DNA of 64,000 nt, from the NCBI GenBank assembly GCA_000165425.1, contig CT868196.1, positions 434,001 to 498,000 of the forward strand, read 5' to 3'. The notes beneath the pieces were generated by a model. It was not told where the DNA came from, did not search any database, and saw only the letters and a program-made list of their open reading frames with translations. This document shows positions 1-13,774 of this stretch, piece after piece. Origin of the DNA: Paramecium tetraurelia. Lineage: Eukaryota. The first letter of the stretch is position 1. The number at the start of each line of letters is the position of its first letter. Position numbers and translations under genes: made by a program.

Positions 1-138
1 AAACTAAATTGATAATTCTGAATTTTCTTATCTGGAGGGTATTGCAGAAATTACATTTTGAATTTGAAAAATAATTAAATAACAACCAATGCAATTTGCG
101 CAATTCATAATTCACATTTCAATAATAATAATAATTTT

Positions 139-3100
139 TCATACATAAATAATCATATTTAGACATATGAATACTGTAAGCATGACAGAATAGAACTCCT
201 CTATGAAAATCTCAGAACTCAAATCAGGAATTTGTTTCTTCCCCTTTATGCATAAACCATTCTAGTTATCGAAATAACACTCATTTATTCTACTGTTGCA
301 CTCATCTGCATTCATCAATTTCCCACATTCTATTAAACAAGCCTCCTATTGCACATTGCTCGCATCTTCATAAGTGCTCCAATAACAGCGATCTGAAGCT
401 AGAGCACAGTTCTCCTTAGTCAATAGTGAGGAACACAAAATAGATCTACACTTTCCATTCTTATAAACGCATACACCTTTTTATTAATTGCACAAACAAG
501 ATTCAGTAATTTACTCACATTACTTGCAAACCAAATCACTCAAATACACACAAGAATACCCATTAATTTCATTTCCTTAACAAATATTCTAAGAAGCACC
601 ATAAATTCTAATTATAAATAAATAATAAATACTCGCAAGACCTATTAGTACACGATTCAGTATCATCCATTAGATGTTACTTCTACCAGTTGCATTTGAA
701 ACCACCCACTGAGGACTTGTTACAAATATTGATGGCTTGTTCACCATAATAATCTACAGTAATCTAACTACATCTCAATAATTCTAGACAATTGTTTTCT
801 TAATCCAAATAACATCCTTCATTATTTTGACAATCTTAAGCATCATAGTCTTCACATGTCCTCATTTTGCAAGTTCCATAATACAAAATACAATTGGTAT
901 TGGAACAATCAGAATATGGACATAATAATTTATAATTTGTAGATGTAACACACAATTTTCCTACCTAAACACAAGGCTATGAATTAATGTAAATTGATTC
1001 ACAACCATTTTTTGGATCGATGATATCTTCACAAATAACTGATGGTTAACATCCATTCTTAAGACTTCTATAGCAAGTTTTATTATCCATAATTTAATCA
1101 CACTCATCATCCTTTAGATGATAACATTATTTCTTCACACACCTATATTAGTCTAAATCAAAATAGCATCTGCTTTAAGATTTGCATTTAGCTACATTTG
1201 ATTATTAGCAAACTTCTGTTTCCTATACAGATTTGCATTTACAATCTAAATTATCTTGGTTCCACAGACAAAGTTCATTTTTAGTGCAAACATTCTTGTT
1301 TATTCCTTCAATATTACAATTACTTTAAGGGACTTATGCACTTTAGCATTTGTGATTGATCGAATCATATGAACAATAATGATCCATAATGGATGCACAT
1401 GCTTTGGGATTTACTTGACTCAAGAACATACAACTACTTTACATTTCACGAAATAGCTGACACTTATTATCTTTGAAAATACATGGTTCTTGTTTAAGTT
1501 AAACACAGCCTAAAAAATTCAATCCCTCAGTATTGCATTTCAATGACCAAACATTAATTAGACTTGTGCATTGATTGTTGATGGTATCATAAATACATGG
1601 TATATTATGAACCTGATTGCTACATGTATATGCATTGACGATTAATTAAGAATCGCATTCAATTTTATCAGTTACTACTTAACAAACTGTTCCATTCCAA
1701 TGAGAAGGGATTCTCTTATTCTTAATACATGCCTTTTTTGAAACTCCTAAGCCAACAGCATCATTTGAAAAATCAATGCAACTTTTATTTCCTTCATCAT
1801 ATACACAAGCCATATTTGGGATCATTTGACAAACATAAGACGATACTTCTTTGAAATCTGAACATTAATGTTCTTTTGATACAGTGAATTCAACACACTA
1901 ATTAGTCCATTAACATTGTTGATTTGGGATTGATAAACATGTTTATTTGCTGATTCCTTCAGATGTGCATAAGATAGTTGAGATGTCTTTCTTTACGCAG
2001 GAATTTCTTTCATAAACACGATTAACACTATGGTACTTGCATACATTCTTATTTACATTTTCCAATGTAGTAATGGTTGGGAACCATCTCAGACATTTTT
2101 AATCTCTCCAAAAACACAATTCACCTTCCTTATTTACATTCAAACATCCCCAAAAATTAAGATTGTCAGTACATGAAATTTCATTCAAATCTGTAACCAT
2201 TTGGCAAGTAGAATCTTTCCAAATGCACGCTGTATCTGGAATACGAGATTTTAAACAATATTCCTTTATGAGAAGTTATTCACACTTACCACTTAGAATT
2301 GGAGATTTATAATCAGCAGGTTGCATCATCATTAATGTTATCATCCTCTAAATTATATATAACGACATACTCTAATCAGGTAGACAAGATGGTGAATTTT
2401 TATCATACCTGCAAGGATCGCGAGCATTGTTTGTGCAAGCTGCTTAATTGAGATTGCTAGGAAGATCTTTACAAAATATTGTTTGATCCAATTAGTTAAA
2501 ATCAGCACATATGTTGTTTACCCATTGACAATTAATCGAGTCACTTTCAAGACATTTTGATTTGGTTGCATATTGTTAACAATTCTTTTAGGGAGTAGTA
2601 ATACATCGATTTGAGTACCAGACACAATTATCTAAACACATTTCACATGTTTTTTTGTTGAAATTGATGGAACAAGTTTTCGGAATATAAAGAATTTTGC
2701 TGCATAACATAGAGATTGGATCATATTAGCAGGGTTCATCCGTCACAGCATTGCAAGCATAAAGTGAATTAAGGTTAGATGCAGATTCACAGGTACTTAT
2801 CTCTTGATCATTACATGATAAGGTTGTTTCATCCCATTTGCAAACCTATCCAGTAGTTTAAACATTAAGACAAGCTTACCTATTAATTAGATCTTTGCAA
2901 TGTGCTGAATATAAATCTGCATCTTCACAATACCCTCCATCATTAATTGAGATCCATTGGCAAGGCACACTTGTTAATTAAATACAAGCTTATTTATTTA
3001 ATCCATAAAGATTACAACTAGAAAGGTTTACATTAATTTCGGTGCATTTTGTATTGTCATAATTTTTAGCACAATTCTTCTTGGTTTATCCACTACATGC

Positions 3101-6100
3101 ACTCATGGATGTAGTTACTGCAAGATTCTAGGCAACGCAATCTGTATTTGAGATAGTCAGAGAATCACAATTTTTTGATGTCCCATTCCAAACACAGAAA
3201 ACATTGGATAAACGAACATCTTAGCAAGCTCTTTGATTTAGATTTGCACAAGAAGTGATTTATTTGTTTTGTGTTTAGAGAACACTCTAGCATCTATTCA
3301 CTTTCCATTAACAACTTATTTCTTTGGTTAGATCACTTAAACAAGCATCCTTGGAGAGATTATTGCAACTCTTTTAAACTTCATCAGTTATCTGGGTGCA
3401 TTTAAAATAAGCAAACTTCCAAGTTCCTGATTATTGAATGCATCCATATTTATTTATTTAATTTTAGACTCCTTATACTGAACAAATTGATCCATCAAAA
3501 TAACATGTATTCTGAATTGAAGAACATTATTTAGCTGTAGTTCCTTAACAAGTAGTGGAGTTATATTCTGAGATTGATTTACATTTGAAATCTACAAATG
3601 AATACATACATTATTCTTAATTAAAGTAATTACATGCTCCATAACTGGATTTAAAAGCACTTAGATCAGTACATTATGTAATTTAGTTATTCTATACATT
3701 TTTACATGATTAATCCCAATAGCATTAAAGAGAAGAGTTTAGATGAGTTAAATCCTCTATACAGAGATCTTAGTTTAATTATTGACACGTTAGAGACTCA
3801 AAATTGTTGTCAGAATAACAAAATCCCAATCCTCTCTTGGCGAATCCATAAGTACAATTTTGGAATTGCTGGCATACATTAAATGAATAGAACCCATTGA
3901 GTGAGGGGCAAGCTTTGTCTTTAAAATCAACACACTTTCCTGATTACCAGGAGCAAGCTAACTATTTATTTTAAAGAACACATTTCTGTACAGATGACGA
4001 CTATGAACTACAATAATCATAAACAGATATCTAATTGACTTTTTAGCATTTCTAATTAAAATAGACACAATTAGGGTATTGCAGACAAAATTGATAATTG
4101 GATTTGTCAAAGAAATCACAACTATAATAAGTATGAGGATGATCAAAACATTTACTATCTTTATATACGCATTTCAAATTTACAGAATTATTGTCACTGC
4201 AAGTTTATGAGGAATCCTCACAAGGTGTTGATCTATAAAACTAGCACTTATTTTAAACAAATAAACAATATTGATTTGGTATTGAACCACACGCGAATTG
4301 ATTTAATTTACTATCGCAGGAATATTATTCATAATTAGATTATTATATTAATTAACATGTTAATCCATCCGAGACTATAAAAGTACTGCTTGTATTTAGA
4401 GAACAATTGTACTCACTTCCATATTGTGTAGTATCATTAGTAGAAGCAGCACAAAGTGAACCATTCCAATAGCATTTAATGAATGCATAGTAAGAGCAAG
4501 AGAATTGATTTAAGTATTTACAATCAGAAACGATTAAATTTTATGTTAAATATTGACATTTGCTCTTCATAAAAGCACATCTATGATTTTGTGTATTTAG
4601 TATACATCCCAAATAAGACAACCCTAAAGTATTGCATTCTAAATTAGTGTTCGTTGGGGATGTACATCCATTAGTTGCATCATACTGACAACTATCACTT
4701 GCCCTTGAACAATGATTAGGATTAATCAAATTTACAGCATAATTGGTCTTGATAGTAGTACAAGTTTCTGTGGTCGTGACTATGGATACACATTTCTTAT
4801 CTATTATAACCATATTGGAGGAGACATAATCAATCAATTAACAATATTATCCATTCGTTTCTACTCTTGTACATGCCTTCAAATTAGCTTACTGACAAGT
4901 AATTGTATTTAAGTCAATATAGGTATTCATAGAATTGTCAATTAAAGTCTTGCATTTGTTGTTTACAAATGCGCACATTTGAATATATTCCCCTGTTTGA
5001 CTCAATCCTGTTAACCCACTACATCTATGTATATTCATTTATTCAGATTCTCCGCAATCTGTAATTGTATTTGATTTGCTTTTGCAAGTGTTATCTTCAA
5101 AGACACAATAGTTGTCTTTCATAAATTATTTGCTCATATCTGAGGCAAGTGCTGTGCATACTCGAGAATTATAATTTGCATACTCTAAACAATTGATAAA
5201 ATATCCAGTGTATTTTTTACATTGCTTTGACGAGGCATCCCAAAAACAATTTTAATCAGTTTTTATAATTGACAAACATGTTTATTGATTTACAAAATTT
5301 GATGCGCATTCTAAATTTGATAATAAAGAAGTATTCAGATTACTTATCTAAATGCATTTTTTCAAATCTAAACTAAATAGGGTAAGAGAACCTTGGACCT
5401 ATTGGCAACCATAACGATTTAGGTTTTCAGAGTAACTCAATATAGTGTAGCTACTGGGAGTGTAACAAGAATGAGTGGTTTCATCATATAAACACACTTT
5501 AGAAGAAGATGAATATAATTAACAAACCTAAGAATTTACATTCTAAAGGGAGGAACATAGAATTGAATTAATGTAAGATTCAGAAATGAATCTGCATTTT
5601 CCAGCTGAAAATTGACACACTTCTCCAAGCTTCTACTTACTTACACATGCTTCCTATGAAAACCCATTTCCTTCACATCCATAAAGCTCAAATTCAGTCT
5701 TTGTTATTTCCTTACAAGAATTGTTTTCTGAATCATACATACAAATCATGTCAGGATTTGTTTTTGCTAATTGACATACTTTCTCATTAACAAGCACTTG
5801 CTCGACACAGTTTAATTCACTAACTTCAGTTTCAGGAATGCTTATACAAATCTACTCATAGGAATCCCATTTACAATATCCAGATTAATACATGAGGCAA
5901 GAATAACTATTGATTTACTTAAAGTCATAAAGAAATCTCGATGATTCTATTGTACATTTGCCTAAAAGAGGTAAGTATTCTGATGCTACGTTTTATTGAT
6001 ATTTGCAAAAGTTTCGATTACTGACAGTTACACGATATCTGCCTGTGATAAGTATTTCCTAATCCGTCACTGCACTATGAGAAATCAATATTGGAGAATC

Positions 6101-7614
6101 CACAATATTGTAACATATGCCTCTCAAAAAATCCCAATAGCACACCTAATCGCTTAATGCCACCGACATGCATGATTTTCCATTATATGCTTCGCTGCAT
6201 TTCATCAATTTAAATTCTTCCTCTGGTACTCTAAAACATCTTTACTATTGCTGATCCCATCCGCATTAATCCAAAATTGATCGACAATAAGACTTTTACA
6301 TACCTAACTAATTACATCCATTTTAAGGACCGCAAATCCTAACATCAAATATGCTATTTGCTCCTAAAAATTTGCAGCCCTTTATTGCTTCACAAGAAGA
6401 TTAGGTTTTGATTGTAAATAAAGAACAACTTTTACTGCATCTATTGGTTGACGTATCCATATAATACTCAGATAATTTGGAACATTATTTAACTGTACAA
6501 TAACCTTTTAGACAATCAGCAACATAATCATTTTCTTAATTCACACAAGGATATTCGTATTCTGTTGCTTTCAATCTGCAAGTATTTGTATTCGAATAAT
6601 AATAAATGCATTGAAAATAATCGATGGACTTACAACCCAAATCCAATTCCAAAATTTTATTTTAATTATTCAAATTTTCTTTGTTAAACATTTTGCAAAC
6701 TCTATTTGAGTATACATATTGGTTTGATATCGTTGGGTTTTAATTTAAGTATTTGCAATAAATATGATTGATCCCTCTAACCTCGTCTGTTAACCTTAAA
6801 AGATTCAAATAATCAGCATCATTTTATATTTCTATTGCTATACATCCTACTCTGTAACGATACGATTTCTACACTAAATACAATATATCTCAATAGTTAC
6901 GATTGCTTAATTTAATTTCTTTAGACTCTCTAATAGTATACCATGCATATGATCCATTCGAAAATTAATAGTTGTTTTGCAAAGATACTGTATTTGGATT
7001 ATCAAAAACTATATCGCCATCAACTTATAAACCCTTTTCCTTTTTCAAGATTCTATCTGCTTCGTCATACAAATTAGGAGTATATGATATTAAATCCCAT
7101 AAGATAGTATTGTGTATTATTAAATAACTCTCAATTAAAAAACAAGCAGATGCACTATATGCTACTGAATCAAAATCCTTTTGAACTTAACTCCATTGAT
7201 TTTGATATAATACTTAACATTTATCATCCTTCCAATAGCAAATCTACTCTGGGTTTTGAATAGCTATGCAGCCGTATTTTGACAGATTGTTCAAGCATTC
7301 CTCTGTTTTGATATTTGGAATTACTTCGCATACATTGATAAAACGACCTTGGTTAGATTGGATGAAGTACATTTAGCTGGTTAACCTTAGGCGTTGCCAA
7401 TTTGTTTGACGCATGCTCTCTTATTCATTGTTATACTGCAGCCTTATAAATAGTCATTGGTTTTTTAGCAAAGATTTCTGTTATTGAGCCACATGCATTA
7501 TTCTACGTCGCTGTTAATGCAAGCTTTATAGGTGTCATACTCTTTGCATTAATCAATACTTTGAACACAAACAAAAAGAAGTAAAAGTACTAATTAAATT
7601 TAAAGAGAATTCAT
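139..7614 (-). CDS. Giant cysteine-rich secreted, probably GPI-anchored surface protein (surface-antigen-like), ~2475 aa
   Basis: In code 6 it starts MNSLQIQLVLLLLFVCVQSIDQCKEY (signal peptide) and has periodic Cys/Trp motifs (e.g. CIAIQNPEQICYWKDDKC). It ends in a hydrophobic tail FYSVMLTVFICLNMIIYV-TGA. Removing introns 7348-7370 (23 nt) and 608-632 (25 nt) leaves 7428 nt = 2476 codons. Confidence 0.85.
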
Positions 7615-7867
7615 AATTATATAATTTATAGCATTATATTTTATAATTTATGTTATTTCAATTTAATTGATCAATATTAAATCCGTCATCAATATTATTA
7701 AAATATGGATTGTTACTCATTTTTAATAATATTGCACAAGCATATCCGAAGAATAATCTAGAAATAAATTTTATTGAAGAAAATTGATACCGCTTTCTAT
7801 ATCTCAATTTAGCTCCTTTAAATCCCATTATCCGAATGACCTTATCTTTAATAATATATATTAACAA

Positions 7868-8434
7868 ATGCACGCAGTTCCTGAACACGTCACAATCGGA
7901 CTCCCAAGAGAAGGATTAAGCACATTCGACGACAAGACTGAGTTGGCTAAGCATCCAGCACCATACAGAATCAAGGAAATCGAAGGTTTAATTCCATAAT
8001 TAATTGGATAGTCCAATACACTGATGAGCACATCATCGGAACAGTCTTCAAATATGCTGATGCCAAGGGACACACCATTGAAGGTCATGATATTGAAAAA
8101 TTCAAGCCATTTGGACATTTGTTGGGCAAAGTACACAAGAAACACTTCAAAATTGATGATGGTAATTGTTCAATAATAATAAATAGATGATGAAATCCTT
8201 GAAATTTCAGGACACGCAGGTGCTAGAATCAACGAATTGAAATTCAAGACATATAGAGGAAAAGAGGAATCATTCGGAGTTAAGAATGGAGTCCACTTCG
8301 TCTATTCATTCCCAGGACATACCTTTGGAGCTGTTTCTGGTGGATATGAAAAGCATTTGGATTTCATTAGAATCCATGTTAATGAACTCCCCCCTGCCAA
8401 ACATCATTTGAAGATTATCATCATAAAGAGTTGA
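7868..8434 (+). CDS. Jacalin-like (beta-prism) lectin domain protein
   Basis: MHAVPEHVTIG...RIKEIEVQYTDEHIIGTVFKY...DDEILEISGHAGARINELKFKTYRG...FGAVSGGYEKHLDFIRIH matches the jacalin repeat pattern (E-I-x-x-I-S-G-x-x-G-x-x-I-x-x-L-x-F-x-T). Two tiny GT..AG introns; no signal peptide. Confidence 0.75.
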
Positions 8435-8456
8435 TTTATTAATTATATAATAAAAT

Positions 8457-8993
8457 ATGTAATCATCAATTAATAATACAACAACAATCACATCAAATGG
8501 AAACTGCTATAAATAACAATGCTCCAGAATCGATGTCATTAATTAAATTATTGCCAAAAAATAAAATACCAACAACAACCAATTTTAGGTGAAATTTTAG
8601 CAATTTTATAGAGACAGGATGCAATTAAATAAAATATAAAAAAAGGATAAACTAGAATTACATGATTAAATACTAAGACTATATAAAAGTAATTAGGTTG
8701 CTCAATAAATAAATCTAACTATCTCTTCCTAAGAAAAAACATTCGTCTAATCATTTTCCAAACCAATGAAAATGTCAATTGACAGAAGACGACCTAGATC
8801 ATAATCAACACATAGAAGCACTTTTACCTCTCCAAAAACTACAAGACCAATTCTAAAGGATGTTTTGAGGATCTCTCCCAAATATATTAGCAATAGAACA
8901 ACTATATCATCCAGAAACGATACTAGATCTATTAGAAAAAACATATTTTTAGATGCATTGATCCTTCAATAGGATAGTCAAGATTTATTCTGA
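8457..8993 (+). CDS. Hypothetical protein (178 aa, Ser/Arg/Gln-rich)
   Basis: Continuous code-6 ORF of 537 nt from ATG (MQSSINNTTT...) to TGA; no recognisable domain. Confidence 0.55.
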
Positions 8994-9032
8994 TGTCTTG
9001 GTCTTCGGAAACTGAGTGGTTGTTTATAGCTG

Positions 9033-9051
9033 ATATATATATATATATATT
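9033..9051. repeat. (AT)n microsatellite between convergent genes
   Basis: About 9 AT units are directly visible. Confidence 0.7.
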
Positions 9052-9058
9052 TAAATTC

Positions 9059-10323
9059 TCAAAACTATTAAATGTAAGCATGTCTCACAATCTGTTCATA
9101 AAACTCTTTCTCAGAAACTATACCGTCTTTATTTTTATCCAATATTTTCACTAATTTTATAAGATCCTCAATTTATTATGGAGCACGCAATACATTCTCG
9201 AAATAACTCATCAGATCATCCAAAGTTATAAAGCCTATTTATAAAATTAATTGTCACCTTTCTTATTTTCATCGATTCGATAGAATAGTTATTTTATCAA
9301 ATGCCCTTTTAATTGATTTTGAACTTTCAATTTATTTATTAAAAACTCCAGGATATTCTAATCTTCATTTTCATTGATTCTAAATTCACTTACTTCAACA
9401 TCATCATGACTTTGCTTCTGATGATGGTGACTCTAAGATTGCAGATTTCTATTATATTTTTCACTCTTTAAATTAGTAGATTCATTAGTCCTAAAATTTG
9501 TCTTAGGAAGCAAATTAGACTTTTTATCTGATATCTATTTTTAATTTTTTTGAGGTGTGAAAAACTTATAATTTACATTCTAATCCTAATGAGCAAAAAC
9601 CAAATACAAAAAATCAGAATAATTTATTCTATAATCCCTCTCTTTGCTATTTCTATAGATAAAGTTTTCAATATCTTTAGAATTACACATTATTTTAGAT
9701 TCATCAAAGTATTACTATAATCTTACATAATTAATCTATATTACCCTTTTTAATCCCATCTCCTGCCAGAATTTACTGATTCCCATGCAATTATTTTGTC
9801 CCAATCTGGTTAGGCCTTCAATTGTTGCATCTATTTTAACATTCTTTTATTCAGTTCAATCTCAGCTAAAAATACTTACATTAATTATTTCTCAACTAAA
9901 TTTGGCAACTTATTCTCCAATAGATTATACGATTATCTACTGTTAGCTAATTAATTTAGGTCTTGATCTCTATGAGGTAAAATATATCTCGAGAACCTAT
10001 TTTTAAATTATAATATAACTCGCTAAATGATATATATTGATCCTTATCGATGTCTATCTTTCTAACCAGCAATTATAAATCATCATCGCAATCTAATATA
10101 TCATGATCTGAAAAATAAACCTTTAGATCATTGATATCAATATGAAGGATTCTAATAATCAGCCATTAAAATACTTTTTATAATCTAATCTGCAAAAAAT
10201 TGTGTAAGGTTCGAAATATAAATTATGAGCTAATTATTCTCTCTTATTCTCAATTTCATTTTCAAGTTTCAAGAACTCTTCCAGGTGATTTCTTAACAAT
10301 TAAAGAGTTTTTTATGATAACAT
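9059..10323 (-). CDS. EF-hand calcium-binding protein
   Basis: MLSQKTLQLLRNHLEEFLKLENEIENKREQL...FEPYTIFCRLD; EF loops DIDKDQYISFSEF and DKNKDGIVSEKEF; several tiny introns. Confidence 0.8.
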
Positions 10324-10393
10324 TTTAATATGACAATAAATTTTATTATTTTATAATAACAACTATTTGTTTTTTTCATATTAAATGTTTTAG

Positions 10394-11366
10394 TCATATA
10401 ATATTTTTCAAAATATCATCTATTTAATTAGAAATAAATCTATTATTTTTATTGATGTGTTTGAAAATACCATTTCTTTCTTCAAGTTAATTTATGTCTT
10501 AAGATAACTTACTTTCCAAAATTCTTTTATTAAGAGAGAATTTTTGTTTGAAGAATTGCTATAATTATTCACAAGCCCCTCTTTTCTCTTGGGAGGTAAA
10601 TTAGGTCTGCATTTCTAACTCTTTATCTATAAATATACATTTAATTTATACTTTGCAGTTTGATCCTTGAACTTTTCATTGATTCTTATAATCCTAAAAA
10701 TTAAAGCTCATTAATTTTTCTGTATTATTCTTCTAATTTGTTTAAGAAATCATTTAAAATTTAAAGAAAAGATTAATCCAGTTTATTCCTTTTAATTGTT
10801 ACTCGGTTGTCTTGGATATAAGTGAATTTTTTATATATTCTTTTGAACATCGATTCCGATTACACTAAATCTGACATTTTAGCATTCAAGAAAAGAAATG
10901 AAAGTTCTAAAAATCTAGAGTTCTAATTTATTTCTTTTTCTATAATTGAGATTAATCCTTTTTCACTTTTAAATTATCGTAATTCATTTATAATGAATGC
11001 AATTTAATTCAACATTTACATTAAACTATTTTCTTTGTAAGACATAGATTTTAAAGATAAGGAGATTTCATTACTTACAGGCATGGCTTTCTTATTGGGG
11101 AAAAAAGTGCAAAAAGAGGCTCTATCGTATCTATAAGATTTTTGACTTGTAGGGACAGGACTCGTATTTGAATCTTGAACCAACTTATAGTTGAAGAGTG
11201 TTTCTAAGGCAAATTGAGATTTAATTCCTTTTTTATGAATAGATTGTTAGGAGGATTGTGGCTCACCATTTTTCAAAAATGTGAAAGATTTCTTGTGAGA
11301 TATAAATGGGAGCTCTTAACTATATTTTTCCCTAGATCCCCTTTAAGATTTGATGCTTGAAATCAT
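10394..11366 (-). CDS. Hypothetical protein
   Basis: Starts MISSIKSQRGSREKYSQELPFISHKKSF and ends ...NQIDDILKNII-TGA in code 6. No domain recognised. Confidence 0.55.
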
Positions 11367-11402
11367 GAAAAACAATTAAATTATTTTATAATGAACCATC
11401 TA

Positions 11403-13712
11403 TCAATGTAATTAATTTTAAGGTTCATTTTGGAATCTCAAATCGTAATTTTTACTTTTAATCTGATGCGATGAATTGTTACGTTAATGTTCAAGCCCGG
11501 AATTCGAAACTTCTGTAGGCTTCTAATTGGATTGAACATGAATTCCAGATTAATTATAAGCTGGAGAATTGAGTGTCTGATAATTTGCCTATGGAGATTG
11601 ATAGCCTTGGCTTACTTCTGTGAACTTTGGCTTCTGATTTCCTAAACTCAATTAAGGCTCAGTATTCCAGGAGTACTACTATTTAAGAGTTTATTAAAAA
11701 TTGAGATTATGAATCTCGTTCTCTAAAGACCTTATCTTAGAATCTAATTGTAATTATTTTTCCTAATGTAAATGACAAATATCGTTACTCTTTCTCTTGT
11801 CAATTCATGTTCCATAGCCATATTCCTCTCAGTCAAAGCAGAATTTTAAGATCTCAGACTCTATAAATCTCGATCTCTTAAACTACTTTCCTATTCATGT
11901 TTCTAAAGCAAAGACTCAAAATCCCTTGTTTTTAAATCATATTAGTTCTAGATTCTACGCAAATCCTCCATCAATTATTTAATCTCTTGATTTAGGATCG
12001 CTTTTTCCTGTTCCAATCTTTCTTAATTTTATTATGATCCTTTGATTTGAGATTAAAGAGTCATAATGTCTAGGCTTATACTAATTGAATACCCCTTTCC
12101 AATTAATCACACTTTTTCTCATAAACCAATAGGTCAGCATGCATTTCTTTTAATTTACCTATTTACACAGTTCTTTCGTTCTTTAATTGAGTCTGGATTT
12201 CCTACGCCTATTTTAATTGAGCTTCTGTCTTCATTATGTCATTCTCTAAATTCACAATAGCAGTTTCTCTTTTCTTTACTTCCTATTCCAGTGTTGTTCC
12301 ATAGTTTTTCCATTTTTCCAATTATCCTTTTAGATCTGATGACAACATAGAGGATTTCTACAAACTATCTTCCATTCCCCTTTCCAACTAAGTACATTTA
12401 TTTGATATCAAAGAATTTTATTAAGTCATAGTATTAAGTTACTCCTTCAATTTCCAAATTTCTTGATCCTATGATTGGCATTTAGTTGCCAATTTGGTAT
12501 ATTCCAATTTTCCGCTTGAAATAATTGCATTATTCTATTCAATTTATTTCTATTCTAAATATTAGATAAAATAGAATTACATTCACTTAATTGTTGATTC
12601 ATCTATCTTATTTTATTTTCCTACTGAATATTCTAATTTTGAGATATTTGCAATTCCTTCTCCTTTTGCTACAATTAAGTGACCTGATTTTTCAATTATT
12701 CGTTTTAAAAATTAAGATTAGACAAATTCTTTTGGAGATTAGTTATTTAATCCTTAGCCCCTGAAGAGATCTAAGTTAATTTTTGATTCAACACTTAGTT
12801 TTACTCTTGTTCTTGTTTTAAGTCTTTGTTAATTGAATCTAACGCCATTTTCATTTTTCGATTATCACTCAACAATTGCTCATTTTTCTACACTTACTAT
12901 TCATACCCCAGAGTTTAGTCTCGAACTTGTGCTTTGTACTTTTCAAGTATTTCTTTTTGATTTTGAAGTTCAGATTCTTAAAATGCATTTTATCTTTTTT
13001 ATTCCTGAAGTTATTTACTAACACTTGCATATTGCTACTCTAAATCATTGATCTAACTTTCAAGTCCCCTATTAAAATCTGCTTGTTTCCTCATTTTCTA
13101 CAAATCTATCAACAAATATTGATCTTCTTAAATGGTATTTGTTAATCTTTTATTTTCGTTTTTCAACATCAATATTTGATCTCTAGCTAGATAGTATATT
13201 ATTTTACTGTAATTCTTGGATTTCATTCATATTTGATTTGTCTCTTGTGTTTAATTGAATACTAAATTATACATGAGATTAAATACTTGTCGCTCTTCAG
13301 TTTTTGATTCTCCTATTCTAATGCTCTCCACTAATACCTAATTAGATTGTATCTCTTACTTCAAGGTGTCATTTTCTTTGGTCAATTTTTGTATTTGCTC
13401 CTATTAATCTTGATCTTTCAATGTTTATTAGCCCATAATTGGGTAGTTAAATTGGGGATATTGGGACAATTAGGAACTTGTTTATTGATTCCCATAGCTT
13501 AAATTAAGTGCAGCTCTTACTTATTTGGTAGTGTAGATCTCTAAGGGAAGGATCTATAAGATTAGAAAATATAATCATTACTCGTTTTACTCCAAGATTT
13601 TTGGATTTTACCCATTGAACGTGTTAGTAGTCCCTAATTAACGATTCGAGTTGAGTTTGCTTCTCTCTTAAAAGGGCATTTAAGATTGTGAATTGGTTTC
13701 GAATTGACTCAT
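11403..13712 (-). CDS. Long coiled-coil protein
   Basis: MSQFETNSQSQNALLREKQTQLESLIRDY...; Q/E/K/L-rich heptad character (e.g. EKQLQLDSKIRSLENEIHNL); multiple tiny introns; TGA at 11403-11405. Confidence 0.65.
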
Positions 13713-13774
13713 AGATATATATATATTTTAGAGATATTTTATTTATAAAAAGGCCTAAACTTATAAACACAGCA

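Noticed and set aside
2348..2370. Intron-like 23-nt GTATG...TTTAG inside the Cys-rich gene (minus strand)
   Set aside because: Splicing it leads to a TGA within about 11 codons. Leaving it in keeps the Cys-rich frame open and makes the total CDS length a multiple of 3.
10321..10440. Possible fusion of the 10394-11366 gene with the downstream EF-hand gene
   Set aside because: The upstream frame ends in TGA at 10394-10396, and the EF-hand frame has its own upstream TGA.
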